A DNA stretch of 64,000 nucleotides from Balanoglossus misakiensis (Eukaryota; Animalia; Hemichordata): positions 2,126,247 through 2,190,246 of the forward strand of contig CM082594.2 of NCBI GenBank assembly GCA_040954595.2, written 5' to 3'. The position numbers were made by a program, and so were the translations under genes. Positions 11,922 to 24,169 of the stretch are shown piece by piece (the stretch's first letter is position 1; each line of letters starts with the position of its first letter). The notes under the pieces are model-generated. The model was not told the origin of the DNA. It made no database searches and worked only from the letters and a program-made list of their open reading frames with translations.

Positions 11922-13372
11922 TCGTATTTTGAGTATATTCGAGACAACCTGTCTGCATGCTGATTGTCTATTCCAGCTAGATACTTTGCTGTCAGGGTTA
12001 TGTCTAACTCAAATGCTTCTAGCCACACTGCTGTTGCTAGTTGAGTAAGTTGGGGACTTGGTCCTCCTAAGTAATTCAAGTAGGCGGTCGCTGTAATATT
12101 GTCTGTCAGCACTTGCACTGTCTTTCCTAGTAATATTGTCCCAAATGACTTCAGAGCCAGAAGAATGGCCATCAGTTCTCTGTAGTTCGACGGCATCAGA
12201 CTCATGCGACGATTCCAAAGTCCTGATGCTTCCTGATCCTTGCAGGCTGCTCCCCAGCCTGTCTGTGAGGCATCTGTTTCTACCTGTGCCTCTACGGGTT
12301 TGGTATGTATAGCCTGGCCATTCCAGGAGTTGAGGGCGTTCAGCCACCACTCTAAATTGAGAGTGGTTGATTCGTCTATTGTCATCATATCTTCCCATGA
12401 CGGTCGTCGTGCAAGCTGTCGATAAAGGTTCCGAAGCAGAAGTTTTCCGGGTAGAATGGCCTTTGTCATTGCCACATATAGTCCGGCTATTCTGGCCAAC
12501 ACTCTGGCTGTAACAGTACCCTTGTTGAGTGCTCTCCTGATGTCGTGTTTCAGCTTTTGTACTCTGTCCGATGGGATTTTTATCATTGGATACCCATCTG
12601 GGCCTACTGAACATATTTTGTACCCGATAAAGTCTTTTGTCTGACTGGGAACCAATGAAGACTTGTCCCAGTTTATTACCCAGCCCAATGCGGTTAGTGT
12701 CTGTATCACCCTTTCTTTGTGTGTATTGATGCATTGTTGCTGTGCCATCACCAAAATATCATCAACATATATGACTAACCTCACACCATTGTCTCGGAGG
12801 TTTTGTACAATTGGGCGCAATGTCTTGTAAAAGAAATAGGGACTGGCACTGAGTCCAAAAGGTAACACTTTCCATGTATAATAAAGTCCTTTCCAGTAAA
12901 ACCCTAGAAATGACTGATGTTCACGGTGCACTGGAATATGGTGAAAACCATTCTTAATGTCTAAAGTTATCAAATGATCATTCGGTTGAGTAATCTTTAT
13001 AACTGTGTTAATGTCTTCATACTGAAACTTTGCTGGGTTGCAATAAGAGTTCAACTTGTGTAAATCAACAATCAAACGCAACTTTCCTCCTTTCTTGGGT
13101 ACACACCCTATGGGAGATACACACTTGGGTTTAACCATAGACTGTTCAATAGCACCTGATCTCAATAAATCACTTATCTCATCTGAAACGAATGTCTCTT
13201 GGGCATGAGAAAGATTACGATTGTTCAGTTCGAAAACTGGTGGCTCAGTAATAAGGGGTAACCTTACCCCTTCGACTATCCAGTCTGTTATCACTGCTGA
13301 GGTGCCAATATCTTTCCAAGCGCCACTAAAGTTGGAAATATTTGCTGCTTTAAATTTACTGAAACAGCACAT
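11480..13372 (-). CDS. Reverse transcriptase - RNase H - Dam-like methyltransferase ORF
   Basis: RT motifs LDIKNGFHH, LPFGL, YVDD; RNase H motifs TDAS..GWGA, NYRELMA, TDN, N..AD.LSR; MT motifs IDRFAS and NAPF (NPPF-like). Confidence 0.93.
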   Translation of the reverse strand: MCCFSKFKAANISNFSGAWKDIGTSAVITDWIVEGVRLPLITEPPVFELNNRNLSHAQETFVSDEISDLLRSGAIEQSMVKPKCVSPIGCVPKKGGKLRLIVDLHKLNSYCNPAKFQYEDINTVIKITQPNDHLITLDIKNGFHHIPVHREHQSFLGFYWKGLYYTWKVLPFGLSASPYFFYKTLRPIVQNLRDNGVRLVIYVDDILVMAQQQCINTHKERVIQTLTALGWVINWDKSSLVPSQTKDFIGYKICSVGPDGYPMIKIPSDRVQKLKHDIRRALNKGTVTARVLARIAGLYVAMTKAILPGKLLLRNLYRQLARRPSWEDMMTIDESTTLNLEWWLNALNSWNGQAIHTKPVEAQVETDASQTGWGAACKDQEASGLWNRRMSLMPSNYRELMAILLALKSFGTILLGKTVQVLTDNITATAYLNYLGGPSPQLTQLATAVWLEAFELDITLTAKYLAGIDNQHADRLSRIYSKYEWQLHPGQFQYIDRIWGPHTIDRFASMHNSQLEIYNSQFFDPMSSGIDALSQQDWNQHNNLVNAPFHLIPRVLDVVKWQRAQATVIAPYWPAQAWFQQLQQMSVAPAMPLPNSPRTIWAQGPRPEPLRNRRWCLYAWRIAGNQDYSQ

Positions 13373-13430
13373 AATAAGAAACGCAAAATGTTAATCATTG
13401 AATAAAGTTACTTGGTGAGATTGTTCGCGT

Positions 13431-14405
13431 TCAACTAATCGCCATAGGATCCACCATTTCCTTGGCTGCCCTGTTGGGAATTTCCTTGCTGACGCTCTTG
13501 AGGGCGCTGTGTAGGGACTGCTCGATTAGCGAACTGTTGATATACACATCACTGTTGTTATTATATCGCCGTTGTGAGCGATTTCCCCGACTATCTCGGC
13601 GATAACCTTGGCTGGGTTGCTGTTGGTCTCTGGGCGTTGTACCCGCTGCTGCGAGCTGTGTAGCGGTACGTAAACTTGCCAAGGCCTCGGGAGATAGGCC
13701 GGAAGTATGACTTTGAAGAGATCTGAAAATGCGGGATGTATTTCTATTGTACTGTCCCTGCACCACTAAAGCTGCGTATTCGTCTTGCAAGTATTTAAGA
13801 TGGGCTAGCTGGATCGTAAATAAATCTTGCAGATCTTCCTCTCTAATAGTCTGAGTGGTAACTGTACTCAGAAGTCTGAATGATGTCTCTAAATATCTTG
13901 CCGATTTACTTACAATATTGTAAGTTGGTTGATCGTCACGCTTGATACCACGTTTACTGTCCGCTAACTTCAATTCTGGGGGTAGACGGATTTTCGTTAA
14001 AGAGTCTTTCAGGGTGTTGAAATCTCCCTGCACATCTCCAGAGGCGTAGTTTGTAGCTACGGGGCTGGAGTTCCCTTGCGGAGTTTCTGTCTGGGCTGAA
14101 GGTAGCTGACTTGTCTGATCCGGTTGATCTGAGGTCACAGTGCTGGATGCACGTTGGTACGTATAACTTGATGCAACATGGCGGGTATCACCACCTATGG
14201 CGCCAAAACTTTGGTGTCGACGAGTTTGATCTTGGAACTGAACCTTTTCTTCTATCCGGTTGATTTGTTGACGCACCTGATCATTGTCTTTCTCGATGTC
14301 GTCTAGTCGCTCTCTAATTCCATCTAAAGCCGTCAAAATTTGACTCATCCCCGACCCCTCGGTCATTATGTTTCTGTCCAGCGTAAGCGCACTGGGCAAG
14401 AACAA
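13431..14405 (-). CDS. gag-like ORF1 of the DIRS-like element
   Basis: 324-aa ORF upstream of RT with an N-terminal coiled coil and a basic, low-complexity C-terminus. The likely ATG is at MTEGS. Confidence 0.75.
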   Translation of the reverse strand: MFLPSALTLDRNIMTEGSGMSQILTALDGIRERLDDIEKDNDQVRQQINRIEEKVQFQDQTRRHQSFGAIGGDTRHVASSYTYQRASSTVTSDQPDQTSQLPSAQTETPQGNSSPVATNYASGDVQGDFNTLKDSLTKIRLPPELKLADSKRGIKRDDQPTYNIVSKSARYLETSFRLLSTVTTQTIREEDLQDLFTIQLAHLKYLQDEYAALVVQGQYNRNTSRIFRSLQSHTSGLSPEALASLRTATQLAAAGTTPRDQQQPSQGYRRDSRGNRSQRRYNNNSDVYINSSLIEQSLHSALKSVSKEIPNRAAKEMVDPMAIS

Positions 14406-14483
14406 TGTATTAGTGCGACAAGTGTCGCACTACAACTATCCAACAGTGTATTACTCCGCCTGACTACAGAAACCTGTCCTTAA

Positions 14484-14665
14484 AGGTATACGGTCACCCA
14501 CTGAAAATTAGCTATAGTTACCATAGCAAAATGAGATCTAGCCAATCACTGATTTTCAGTGGGTGGCACACGGGAAAAAAGGGCGCCACCATATGTTCTT
14601 TAGAATGCCCAAATACGCCATTTCAGCCATATATGGGCGTATAAATTGGAGGTGACTGTATACCT
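14484..14665 (+). mobile_element. Kolobok-type MITE (TTAA target), copy 1
   Basis: TIR AGGTATAC(G/A)GTCACC at a TTAA site; similar copy at 35215-35389. Confidence 0.85.
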
Positions 14666-15389
14666 TAAATAGAGAGGTGTCCATAATGACAGGTTTCACT
14701 GTACCGTTTAGCATAGATGTGCCTTTTTCTTGTCACAACTGTCAAAAGTGATAGGTAGTCCAAATTATAACAGATGGTATGCACATTTTGAAAAGACACA
14801 CATATTTAAGGCATGTTTGAACTGAAATATTTTTATTGAAAATGACTCAACTCTGCTGACCTGTTTTTGCATTTCACAGGAATATGGTAGACAGAAGACC
14901 GTGGCATTGGTCGTCAACAAATTCATTGAATTTTTACACTGTTACAGCAGCTATGACCAGAGTAAAGCAACAACACTGCTGGAAAAACATGCCAACATTT
15001 TACAGTGAGTATGCACGCAACAGTTGCTATTTCATGTGCATTGTTGAAAAGATAAGAATCCATCCAATTAGCAATATGTGCATTGACTACATATGTATCA
15101 GTGTTTTTGCTAAGGCCGGGGAACACTAGTAACGCTTCTGCTTAAACTATGACTGCATTGATATACCAAGGGGAACCCCGGTAAAATGACTGGGGAACCC
15201 TGGTAACATTTACCTTGGTACCGCCTTAACAAAAACACTGATACTGTTGAAAATAATGCAAAAAAGGCAGCTATCGGAGCTTTAGTAATAATTGAAATAC
15301 ATGTAGTGTGGAACAATTCTTCCTTCGTTGCATACACTGTACTGATTACTGTTTACTCCTTGTTTCCATAGTGATCTGTGTAACTACTA

Positions 15390-15694
15390 TTGGCAAAATC
15401 AGCAATTCACCTGAACTGGTCTCTAGCAGGCCCAGACCTATCAAAGTCTGCATGTCTGATGTATCTGCAAAAAAGCGTTTCATGAAATGTCTTCCCAAGC
15501 TACGAGAGGTTCCCTCTGGTAGCCTTTTCAAAAAAATATCAGTCACCCATGACATGACAAAGGAAGAACGTGAAACAAACAAAAAACTACTGGCGGAGGC
15601 AAGAGAACTGAATGAAAAATCATCGGGGGACTTCCGTTTCCTGGTGAGGGGACCACCCTGGGAAAGAAAAATCATCAAAGTCAAAGGAAAGTAA
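15390..15694 (+). CDS. CR1 ORF1 C-terminal fragment
   Basis: IGK…RPRPIKV…ISVTHDMTKEER…LL.EA…RGPPW pattern typical of invertebrate CR1 ORF1. Confidence 0.75.
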
Positions 15695-15696
15695 TT

Positions 15697-18600
15697 GTGA
15701 ACGAAGAAAAAAACGCTGTAAATCGGAGTGTACATAGTCTTAATGGTCAGGACTTACATGTTATTTATACTAATGCTGACAGTCTACCTAATAAATTTGA
15801 TGAACTCTTACAACGCTACATTAACAACAATGATGCAACAGCACCAGATATTATTGCCATCAGTGAAGTCTTACCCAAGAACTTGCGTTATACAATCAAC
15901 CCATCTGAACTTGCTTTTGAAAATTATGAGCTATTCCCAAATGACTTTCCCAGCAAAGCAAAACGTGGAATCTTAATCTATGCCAAGAAGAAGCTGAACG
16001 CTCAACTTGTTGAATTTCATTCTGCTTTTGAAGAATGTGTGTGGATTAAAATTGACTTAAGGTGGCATTGCATGAAAAGTTGTGATTTTAGCCAAATTTT
16101 ACTTTTTTACATAAATCGGTAGGCCTAATACTGACCCACAACCTGACTAATACGTCTTGGCGGAAATGGTGCATAATCACCTGAAAATAGCACTTTTCTG
16201 AATGAGTTCACAGCTTAACAAATAGGTGTCAACAATGCAAATAGCCGTTTTTCTCAGTTTGCATTTTCGCTGCCCTTGACAACTTCGGACTAAAATAGCT
16301 TCGCCCTGCGTTGGCCGAATTTGCTCAAATTTTGACAGGGAATTGTGTATGACCCATCCAACAAAACGCTAGTTTTGTTTGTCGATAAAGTGTCCCTGGC
16401 GGGAATAAACTCTGATTCAATACAACTCACCGTGAATTTGATCAAATTTTCTGAAAATCTAACTTTTAAACGCTGTTACTCCTCAATGGAAGCAGATAAC
16501 GCAAAAAACAAAATTAGCGTTTTTTTGCACGTGTACTCTAGTTTTGAATGACATATTAAGATGCATGATGCATGGTCAACTTTTTTACCTATTTTAAATT
16601 TCATGACATAATATCAAAAAATGTTTTTTTTCACCCAAAATCGCCACCATTTCCGGGGATCAATAATATTTGCAACTCAAACAAAAGTTCAAAATCTCAG
16701 CTTCCAGAATATATATGGTTTATGGGGGTTTTAACTTTTTCTTTGATGAGAAATAGGCCTCTGAAAAAGTCTCGACGGTTTCATGCAGTGCCACCTTAAA
16801 AGATGCTGATAAACTTTTAATTGGCTGCGTTTACAGAAGCCCTTCATCCCCAGAAGTCAATCATAGCCATCTTTGTGATATGCTGAAGTCGATTTGCAAT
16901 GATAGTGCCAATTTCACTCATTTAATCATCACAGGTGACTTTAATTACCCTGACATTGACTGGTCGTCCTGGACTGCAAAATGCAAAAATAGTGAATTGT
17001 TTCTCGAATGCTTGCGGGATTGTTATGTTCAGCACATGATCACTGAACCAACCAGGACCAGAGTAAATCAGGAGCCATCCATTCTAGACCTATTAATTGT
17101 CAACGATGAATATTGCATCACTTCCATTGAACACGACAGTCCACTGGGATCTAGCGACCACTGTGTGCTGCGCTTTGATGTCAAGTGTTATACCATAAAT
17201 AACTCCGCATCTACCACGCGTTACAACTACTCAAAAGCTGATATAATGGGAATTAAAACTGATCTGTCCATAGACTGGGAGCACTTACTACAGAACAAAA
17301 CTACTGACGAAGCATATGATTTATTCATGGAAGTGTGGAATGCCACTATGAAGAAGAATGTTCCTGTAAAGACATACCGACTTAATGCCTATAAGGATCG
17401 TCCGCCATTGGACCCAAAAACTGTGAAATGTATAAAACGGAAACATAGGCTTTGGAAAAGATATATGGAATCTAGAGACCCTGTGAAATACCGTGAATAC
17501 TGCAAGGCCAGGAATAAACTGAAGAGCATTGTCAAGAACGACAGAAAAGCACGTGAGAAAAGTATAGCGGAATCTACCAAAACTAACTGTAAAATCTTCT
17601 GGCACTACGTCAACTCAAAGAGGAAAATAAAATCAGGAATCTCAGAGCTTCAAGTTACTGAAAATGGGCAGCTGCTCACTGCAAGTAGTGATAAAGAGAA
17701 AGCAGAATTTCTAGCCAACTTCTTCAGCAGTGTTTTCTCCTCTGAAGACGAGAGCATTGACAATTTTCCAGTTCTCAACGGCAACCACGAAGACATCATC
17801 TCCAGTGAGAGTCCTTTTACAAAGTTAGAAGTAAGGAAATTCCTTCTGCATCTTGATGTGACAAAATCTCCTGGCCCTGATGGAGTACATCCCAAAATTT
17901 TGAATGCAGTTGCTTACATTATTGATTTACCACTTACTATTATTTTCAACAAATCCTTCTTTTCTGGTGTTGTACCGAAAGCATGGAAAGAAGCTCAAAT
18001 ATCACCGCTCTTCAAGAAGGGAAACAAGAAATCTCCGTATAATTACAGACCTGTCAGCTTGACCAGCATCATTTGTAAGACAATGGAGAAACTTGTTCGA
18101 AAGAAAATCGTCTCGCATATGGATAAACATGATCTATTCAGTAACAAGCAGTTTGGTTTCATAAGTGGTAGATCAACTACATTACAACTTCTCAAAGTCC
18201 TGGATCACTGGACCAGTATTCTTGACGATGGTGGTATAATAAACGCTGTGTATATGGATTTTATGAAGGCATTTGATAAGGTTTCTCATAAACGTCTCCT
18301 TGTCAAGTTAACCCATTACGGTATTAGCCCCACAACCTGCAACTGGATTCAGGAGTTCCTGAGAAACCGCAGTCAACGTGTTTGTGTGAATGGCCAATTT
18401 TCCTCATGGCACCATGTTATTAGTGGTGTCCCGCAAGGATCTGTACTCGGACCCATCCTGTTTGTTATTTTCATTAACGATCTACCTGATTGTGTAGCAT
18501 CCAATGTATATTTATTTGCTGACGACACAAAAATCTACAACGTGATCAAGACAGCTGCTGACTCATCACAAATTCAGAGTGACTTATCTCGTCTTTCCCA

Positions 18601-19418
18601 TTGGAGCAATGATTGGCTGCTTAAATTTCACCCTGACAAGTGCAAAGTTTTACCAATTCATAGCAAAAATAAGTCAACAAATACTACTTCTTACAATATG
18701 TGCCGTCCAGATGGAACAAATACCACTTTAGAAATTGTTAAGTATGAAAAAGACATTGGCGTCATAGTGGACAGTAACTTAAATTTTGAGAAGCACATCC
18801 AAACCCAAGTGACCAAAGCCAATAAAATTGTTGGACTCATCAGGAGAACTTTCAACTATCTCAATAACGACATTTTCAAGCTACTATTTATAGCTTTAGT
18901 TCGCCCTATTCTGGAATATGGCGGTTGTGTGTGGAATCCGCATATTAAAAGCAAAGGATATTGACTGTATTGAGAACGTTCAACGCAGAGCAACTAAACT
19001 GCTGCCCGGACTCAAAAATATTTCTTATGAAGAACGTCTCAAGTTACTTGATCTGCCATCACTTTCATATCGAAGACTACGCGGCGACCTCATTGAAACT
19101 TTTAAAATCTTGAGTGGCGTTTATGACTGCCGTGTATCGGAAGGACTATTCAGTCTCAGTTCACACAAACACACCAGAGGTCATCCGTTTAAAGTTGACA
19201 TAGGACACTGCAAACTGAACACTAGAAGAAATTTTTTCACAAATAGGATAGCTGCAATCTGGAACAATCTACCAGCCCAAGTTGTCACCGCAAACTCTGT
19301 GAACACCTTCAAAAATCGTCTTGACATTTTTCTGGCAACACAGCCAATGAAATACAACTACTCCGAACCCTACATCATGCAAACCAGATCGGACAAAACT
19401 ACCTCCACAATGGAATGA
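15697..19418 (+). pseudogene. CR1 ORF2 (APE endonuclease + reverse transcriptase), interrupted
   Basis: YTNADSL.NK, IAISE, GDFN, SDH, KSPGPDG, YRPVSLTS, GVPQGSVLGP, FADD. Split by the MITE at 16061-16795; +1 frameshift in an A run near 18946. Confidence 0.93.
16061..16795. mobile_element. Kolobok-type non-autonomous element
   Basis: TIR GGTGGCA(T/C)TGCATGAAA; TTAA TSD at 16057-16060 and 16796-16799. Removal restores IDLKDADKLLIGCVYRSPS. Confidence 0.92.
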
Positions 19419-21968
19419 TATGGAGCTGAATATAGAGGCTCACAAGCCTGCGTTCAGTACCTGCCTAACCTAACCTAACCTACTACCCTGACCTGTCCAT
19501 ATTGAAGGCCCTAGGCCCTAGTTGCCAGCGTTGCACTGCCCATCAGAAGTGCCAAGGATTCTCAGGCCAATGTCACTATGGCAACCCAGGTCACAAGGGG
19601 GTCAAGCATTGGTGCATTCAGTGGTATGGTCTCCTCATCGACCTCCGCCCACTGGTCCAAGTCGGATGTCACACCACTCAAAATGAAACTGGGTTCGGGC
19701 AGTAGTCTTGAAGGTAAATTTTTCATTCCTTATTTTTTGCAGTATTTAATGCACTTGTCACTATTGCAAAATGTAAGCGTTCGCAGAATTTATGCCCAAA
19801 TGTGCAAGAATCCTGTGTTTGAGACAAGCTGAATAGCCAGAATGCGTATAGTCTTCCAGAGGACGCCCTACATGTAATCTGATAATTCTACAGAGTTTCA
19901 ACCTCGGTGGTTTGCCCACGCCAGACAAGCAGACGTGCCATGGGCTTTCAAGTGAAAAACTTTGCAAAGGCTGCCAACAGGTGCTATTATGTACTCAATC
20001 CAGTCTATTGTCTCATTTTGATCATTGACGAATGGTATGACTTGCAACAGATATGAATATTATTGAGTATGAATATAAATTAGCATATATATTAATCAGC
20101 AATCTGTACTCTTGTCTGGGCAGAATCCTGAATCTGAAAACCAGATTAACATTTGACAGAAACTACATCAAATTTGTTGCAGTTTTACAAAGTTCTTGTT
20201 TTCTGTTTTTCACAGAGATACTTGAAGGGCTTCAAGAATTGGATGACATTTCCAAACGGAAAGTGGATACCTTGCATTATTTCACCGTAAGTTTACTCTG
20301 AAGTTTTGTCACTTTCACAGCCAACATTTGGTTCAGTTCCAAAGCTTGAATTACTCTGGCATTGCTTGAAGACCTGCATAAGTTTCATTTGGGATTTCCG
20401 AATTCAACAAAAGCACCAACCAAAGTTTCTCATCGTTTTCCTTAGAAACTAAGAATATTGTAAGTGAAATTCAATTGAATCATGATTTTGTGTGCCAATA
20501 ATCATATAAATTTGCTGTGTTTTTTTTCATGACAGACTGAGTTGATGCAGCTCATGAGTGACGGTTACAGTCAATGCAGTAGTAAAGCGTATACATTAAT
20601 CATGAGACATATCAGACAAAAAACCCAAGGTATGTAGACATTTAAAAGCTCCAATAGCTCTTACTTTTGGCTTGTCTTTCATTATATTTATGTTTATCTG
20701 GAATCTCCTGTTTAACTTATGAAAATATTCATTATGCAGTTGTTACATATGATACATGTTGCACGTAAAATTACCTAACAATAAAATGTGGTTGTCGAAC
20801 ATTGCTCCCAACTTAATGACAATACGCAATACAATACAATTTTTACTCAGTAACTTACTATCCTCATTTTCCCATCGTCTTGGAAGGGCATATGAAAAAT
20901 GCATATCGATTATTGGTCAAATGGATTTTGCATTGAACTTTATAATTGTTAAAACAGTGCAGCCAACAGTAGAAACATTAGTCTTGTTGCCAACAATTAC
21001 AATTTTGAGTGTAAGTGGATATCTTGTCAACGAATATCATCTGATCTTTTGTGTTTTTTTTGTTTCAGAGTATGCAAATGATTTACTGCAGAAAGCATTC
21101 ATCGTTGGAATTAACACCAAGCTTGACACGGCACCCATCATAGCAGAGACTCTACAACTGTTGAATATGGAATCAGTCACAGTATATTCATAAAGTGAAC
21201 TCTCTTACATGGACTTTAATAGTAGCGGGGAAAAATATCTCTCAGATCTTGTCGCTTTTCATTTTATATAAACACTACTGCACACAGCAGTTCTTCATGA
21301 AGATAGAGTCTTTTCTTTGCTTTTTGTGATGGACCCTCATACATGCCCACACTGTCAGTCATAGGTCAACTGACATCTGAGGCTCAGTAAAGATTTTTCT
21401 CTATTCTAAATCCACTGTGCATATTGAATTTTGAAAGAAAAAAATTACATTTCATTGAGTGATATGGACACTGATATGGAGAGATCATTGCTTGATTTAA
21501 ATATTCATGCAAAGATTAAGAATAAAGAGCATTTATAAGACAAGACACCATCGTGTGATTCGATATTCTGTTTTTAATCTGTTACTTCCGTGTTGATTCT
21601 TTGTGAGGCAGACGTTAAAAAGGCAGACATACATACATGCTTGCATACATAAATAAATACACACAAGGGTGAGTTGGCGAGTGTTGTCATGGATTGATGG
21701 CAGCTCAGTTGAGTTGTTGAACTTGAAAAAAATGTTAATCCTCTTTTTGCACTAGTTTGCCGAAATTAGTGAGATTTGGAGTTTCCTATCCAGTAAAGTT
21801 TCTCTGTTTACAAGTCAAGCTTTGTATGAAATTAGAATAGGTACTGAGTTTAACAAAAAATGTAACTTTTGTGCCGTGTTTTGTTTGTGTATCACATGAG
21901 AATGCCCTCCCGTACAAACTGCTTAGCCAGGTGAGATCTCTCTTGGAGTTCTGAAAATTGTCTCAGTA

Positions 21969-23718
21969 TTAGACTTCGAGATGCTCTAAATACTCCCGAT
22001 TCTGTTCTGGATGATAGTACTTGCAGTAATAGTTGTCGGTGCTGTCGATACGTCTGTAGGAACAATATTAAGCATTTGCCATAAATGTGACGTTTCCCTC
22101 TGGATGCCAGTGTATAAACTCGGAGACTTTCTCTGGGCACACCTATTGAAGAAAGACAACAAATTGTCAGTCGCTGTTTTCTTTTCCTGTATACGAGAAT
22201 TAATATTTTAATTTAATAGCAAAACAAACCACATTCCGAAAAGTGGCGGATAATGGTTCGGGGTCGTAATTAGAGAATTGTTCGCAAAATTATCAAGCTG
22301 GTAGAACTGGAGATTGTATGCAAAACTAGTATGGCTTGTTCGCCCCCATTCTTTTTGCAGATCAAATCCCATTTTTGACTTTGAGATGAAATCAATACCG
22401 GAGAGAATTGGAATAATGTTAACCTGATTAATATATTGAATATATGGACAGATACTAATAGAATACTTAAAGGGACAAAGTCTCTCTCTCGCTGCCCTTT
22501 TCCCATTAATTATGTTTGATACAAGGTAACGTTTATTCTACATGTGGATATATACTAGTAGTAGAGACCGAGTACCGGTATTCATTTTGGTGAGTTTTTC
22601 ACTCTCGTGTCTACAAGTGGGATCGAATCTGTGTGTGGTCAAACGTTGATTCACTATATATCCACATGTAGAATAACATAAACCGTACGGTTTCTTGTAT
22701 TAAATACAAAAAAAAAAAAACGGAAAAATGGGCGAGAGAGCGACTTTGTCCCTTTAATATTCTCTTCAAACTTACATCAAGGTCGTAGCACGTTTCGACG
22801 AGTCTGTTGTCAACGTACATGTGAAGTGTGCAATTCATGCAGCCTCTAACCAGTTCGTCATCGGATATCTTGGACCCCTGTGAAATGCAAACAGAAACAA
22901 TCATGGACTAATCTTATAGCAATAAGTAAGGGTCTCGTACGAATACAGTGTGAACAGAGAGGAAAAGTTAAACAGGTGTTATCACACGATATGTACAGTG
23001 CATCATGGACCGGCAAGTCACCACCGAGAAATTGAATCTTTCAGTGCTATAGGCTGCTCGTCTGTGAATTGTCATCGATGCGATATTCACCACCTCGCCT
23101 ATCAGGCAAAAGTTGTCATGTTTAGTGGTGGGATACATTAGTTGGTCTGCTGGTCGGATGATGAAGGTGATGAAGAGACGGGTGTGAGCGTGAATTGGTG
23201 ATTTTGGATGGAATTTCTTGCGTTCTCACAACCCATATCCAACACTAAATTGATGTTCTGACACAGTCGCCAAAATTCTATACTTGTCTAGTTACTAGAA
23301 CCATGCACTCGTCTTCGATTACTCCACCACACTCGTTCGGAATGCCTAGGGAAAATATTATCCATAATTGTCTTTTTTTAAAGTTCTTATTTGGCTTTAC
23401 CAGGCTTGTCAGTGTGTCCAACTTGTCAATCACAATGTCCACAGCTCTGAATGTCTTGGATTGTCCGATATAGCTGCCAACAACTTTCAAGAACCTGGTC
23501 GTGTGAATCGGATCCTCATTTTCCAATATGTCGGGTAACGTCATGATCTTGTCGAAACACTCCACGCTGTGCGTTAAGACAATATCGTATACGGCGTCGT
23601 TGTAAGCCATGATTTGGGCAGAGGAACAAACCCATGGCTGAGAACGGAATGGATGCCCGGCTTCGAGGCCACGATTCAAGATGACCAGAAGAGCAGATAC
23701 GACAAACAGCAACCTCAT
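21969..23718 (-). pseudogene. Uncharacterised secreted Cys-containing protein gene, copy 1 (coding exon from 23718; exons 22776-22877 and 21969-22142)
   Basis: Signal peptide MRLLFVVSALLVILNRGLEA; phase-0 join …ETCYDLD|VCPEK…; premature stops at 23278-23280 and 22068-22070 where copy 2 has sense codons. Confidence 0.7.
22471..22753. mobile_element. Kolobok-type MITE
   Basis: TIR AGGGACAAAGTC with TTAA TSD; relatives at ~27577-27795 (truncated) and ~61947-62205. Confidence 0.85.
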
Positions 23719-24169
23719 TGTACGCGTTCACCTGTAGAAGAAAGAATTATTTCTCCATAAAGGTTTATACCATCAGGGACAAACTCCTATACGAAGAAGT
23801 ACGTTAGGAAACTGTTTATGTCCAATGGATGCCCCAATCAAACAACGATAATATTTCATTTAGATTTCAATGCAGCTACAAAACCGGCTTTATGCATTCT
23901 TTTATTTCGATCATGACAATTAATTTTATGGCAGAATGGACACAGCGAAAAAAAAAAAAAAAAAAAATTTTGCCGAAAATGGGGCATTATTCAAGTCTTT
24001 TCTCCGCAACAGAAATGCATATCCCCGCAACGAATTAATCTACTTCAGTCTTGCTCCAAAACTTCGTGACATTGAAATGCGCCCACGTATAGAACGTCCT
24101 GTGCACGCGACGCTGATGACATCATCGCTCTGCTACAAACATCACCATATAAAAACTGCACGGAAATAT

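Larger units (their letters stand above)
9242..14474 (-). mobile_element. DIRS/PAT-like tyrosine-recombinase retrotransposon
   Basis: gag, RT-RNaseH-MT and YR ORFs in the typical order. The flanks rejoin as one MITE-like end (…TTAATAGACAGG|TGTCCTT…GACAGGTTTCACTGTA). Confidence 0.9.
15390..19479 (+). mobile_element. 5'-truncated CR1-type non-LTR retrotransposon
   Basis: ORF1 C-terminus, APE endonuclease plus RT ORF2, 3' stem-loop and (CCTAA)n tail; CTACTA duplicated at both junctions. Confidence 0.93.
14880..21193 (+). pseudogene. INTS1: Integrator complex subunit 1, 3' fragment, copy 1 (exons 14880-15004, 15372-15389+19486-19713, 20216-20286, 20536-20629, 21069-21193)
   Basis: The spliced translation VVNKFIEFLHCY…LLEKHANILHDLCNYYPDLSILKAL…EILEGLQELDDISKRK…EYANDLLQKAFIVG…IAETLQLLNME resembles the INTS1 C-terminus. 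It is disrupted by a LINE inside an exon, a 7-bp duplication and the loss of one exon. Confidence 0.88.

Noticed and set aside
19464-19480. Interstitial TTAGG telomere remnant
   Set aside because: Only three units, positioned exactly as a LINE tail.
19502-19705. Cys-rich 67-aa peptide
   Set aside because: It is the off-frame reading of the INTS1 exon caused by the 7-bp duplication.
21892-22140. 82-aa ORF MPRESLRV…
   Set aside because: This frame has stops in copy 2; splice phase supports the VCPEK frame instead.
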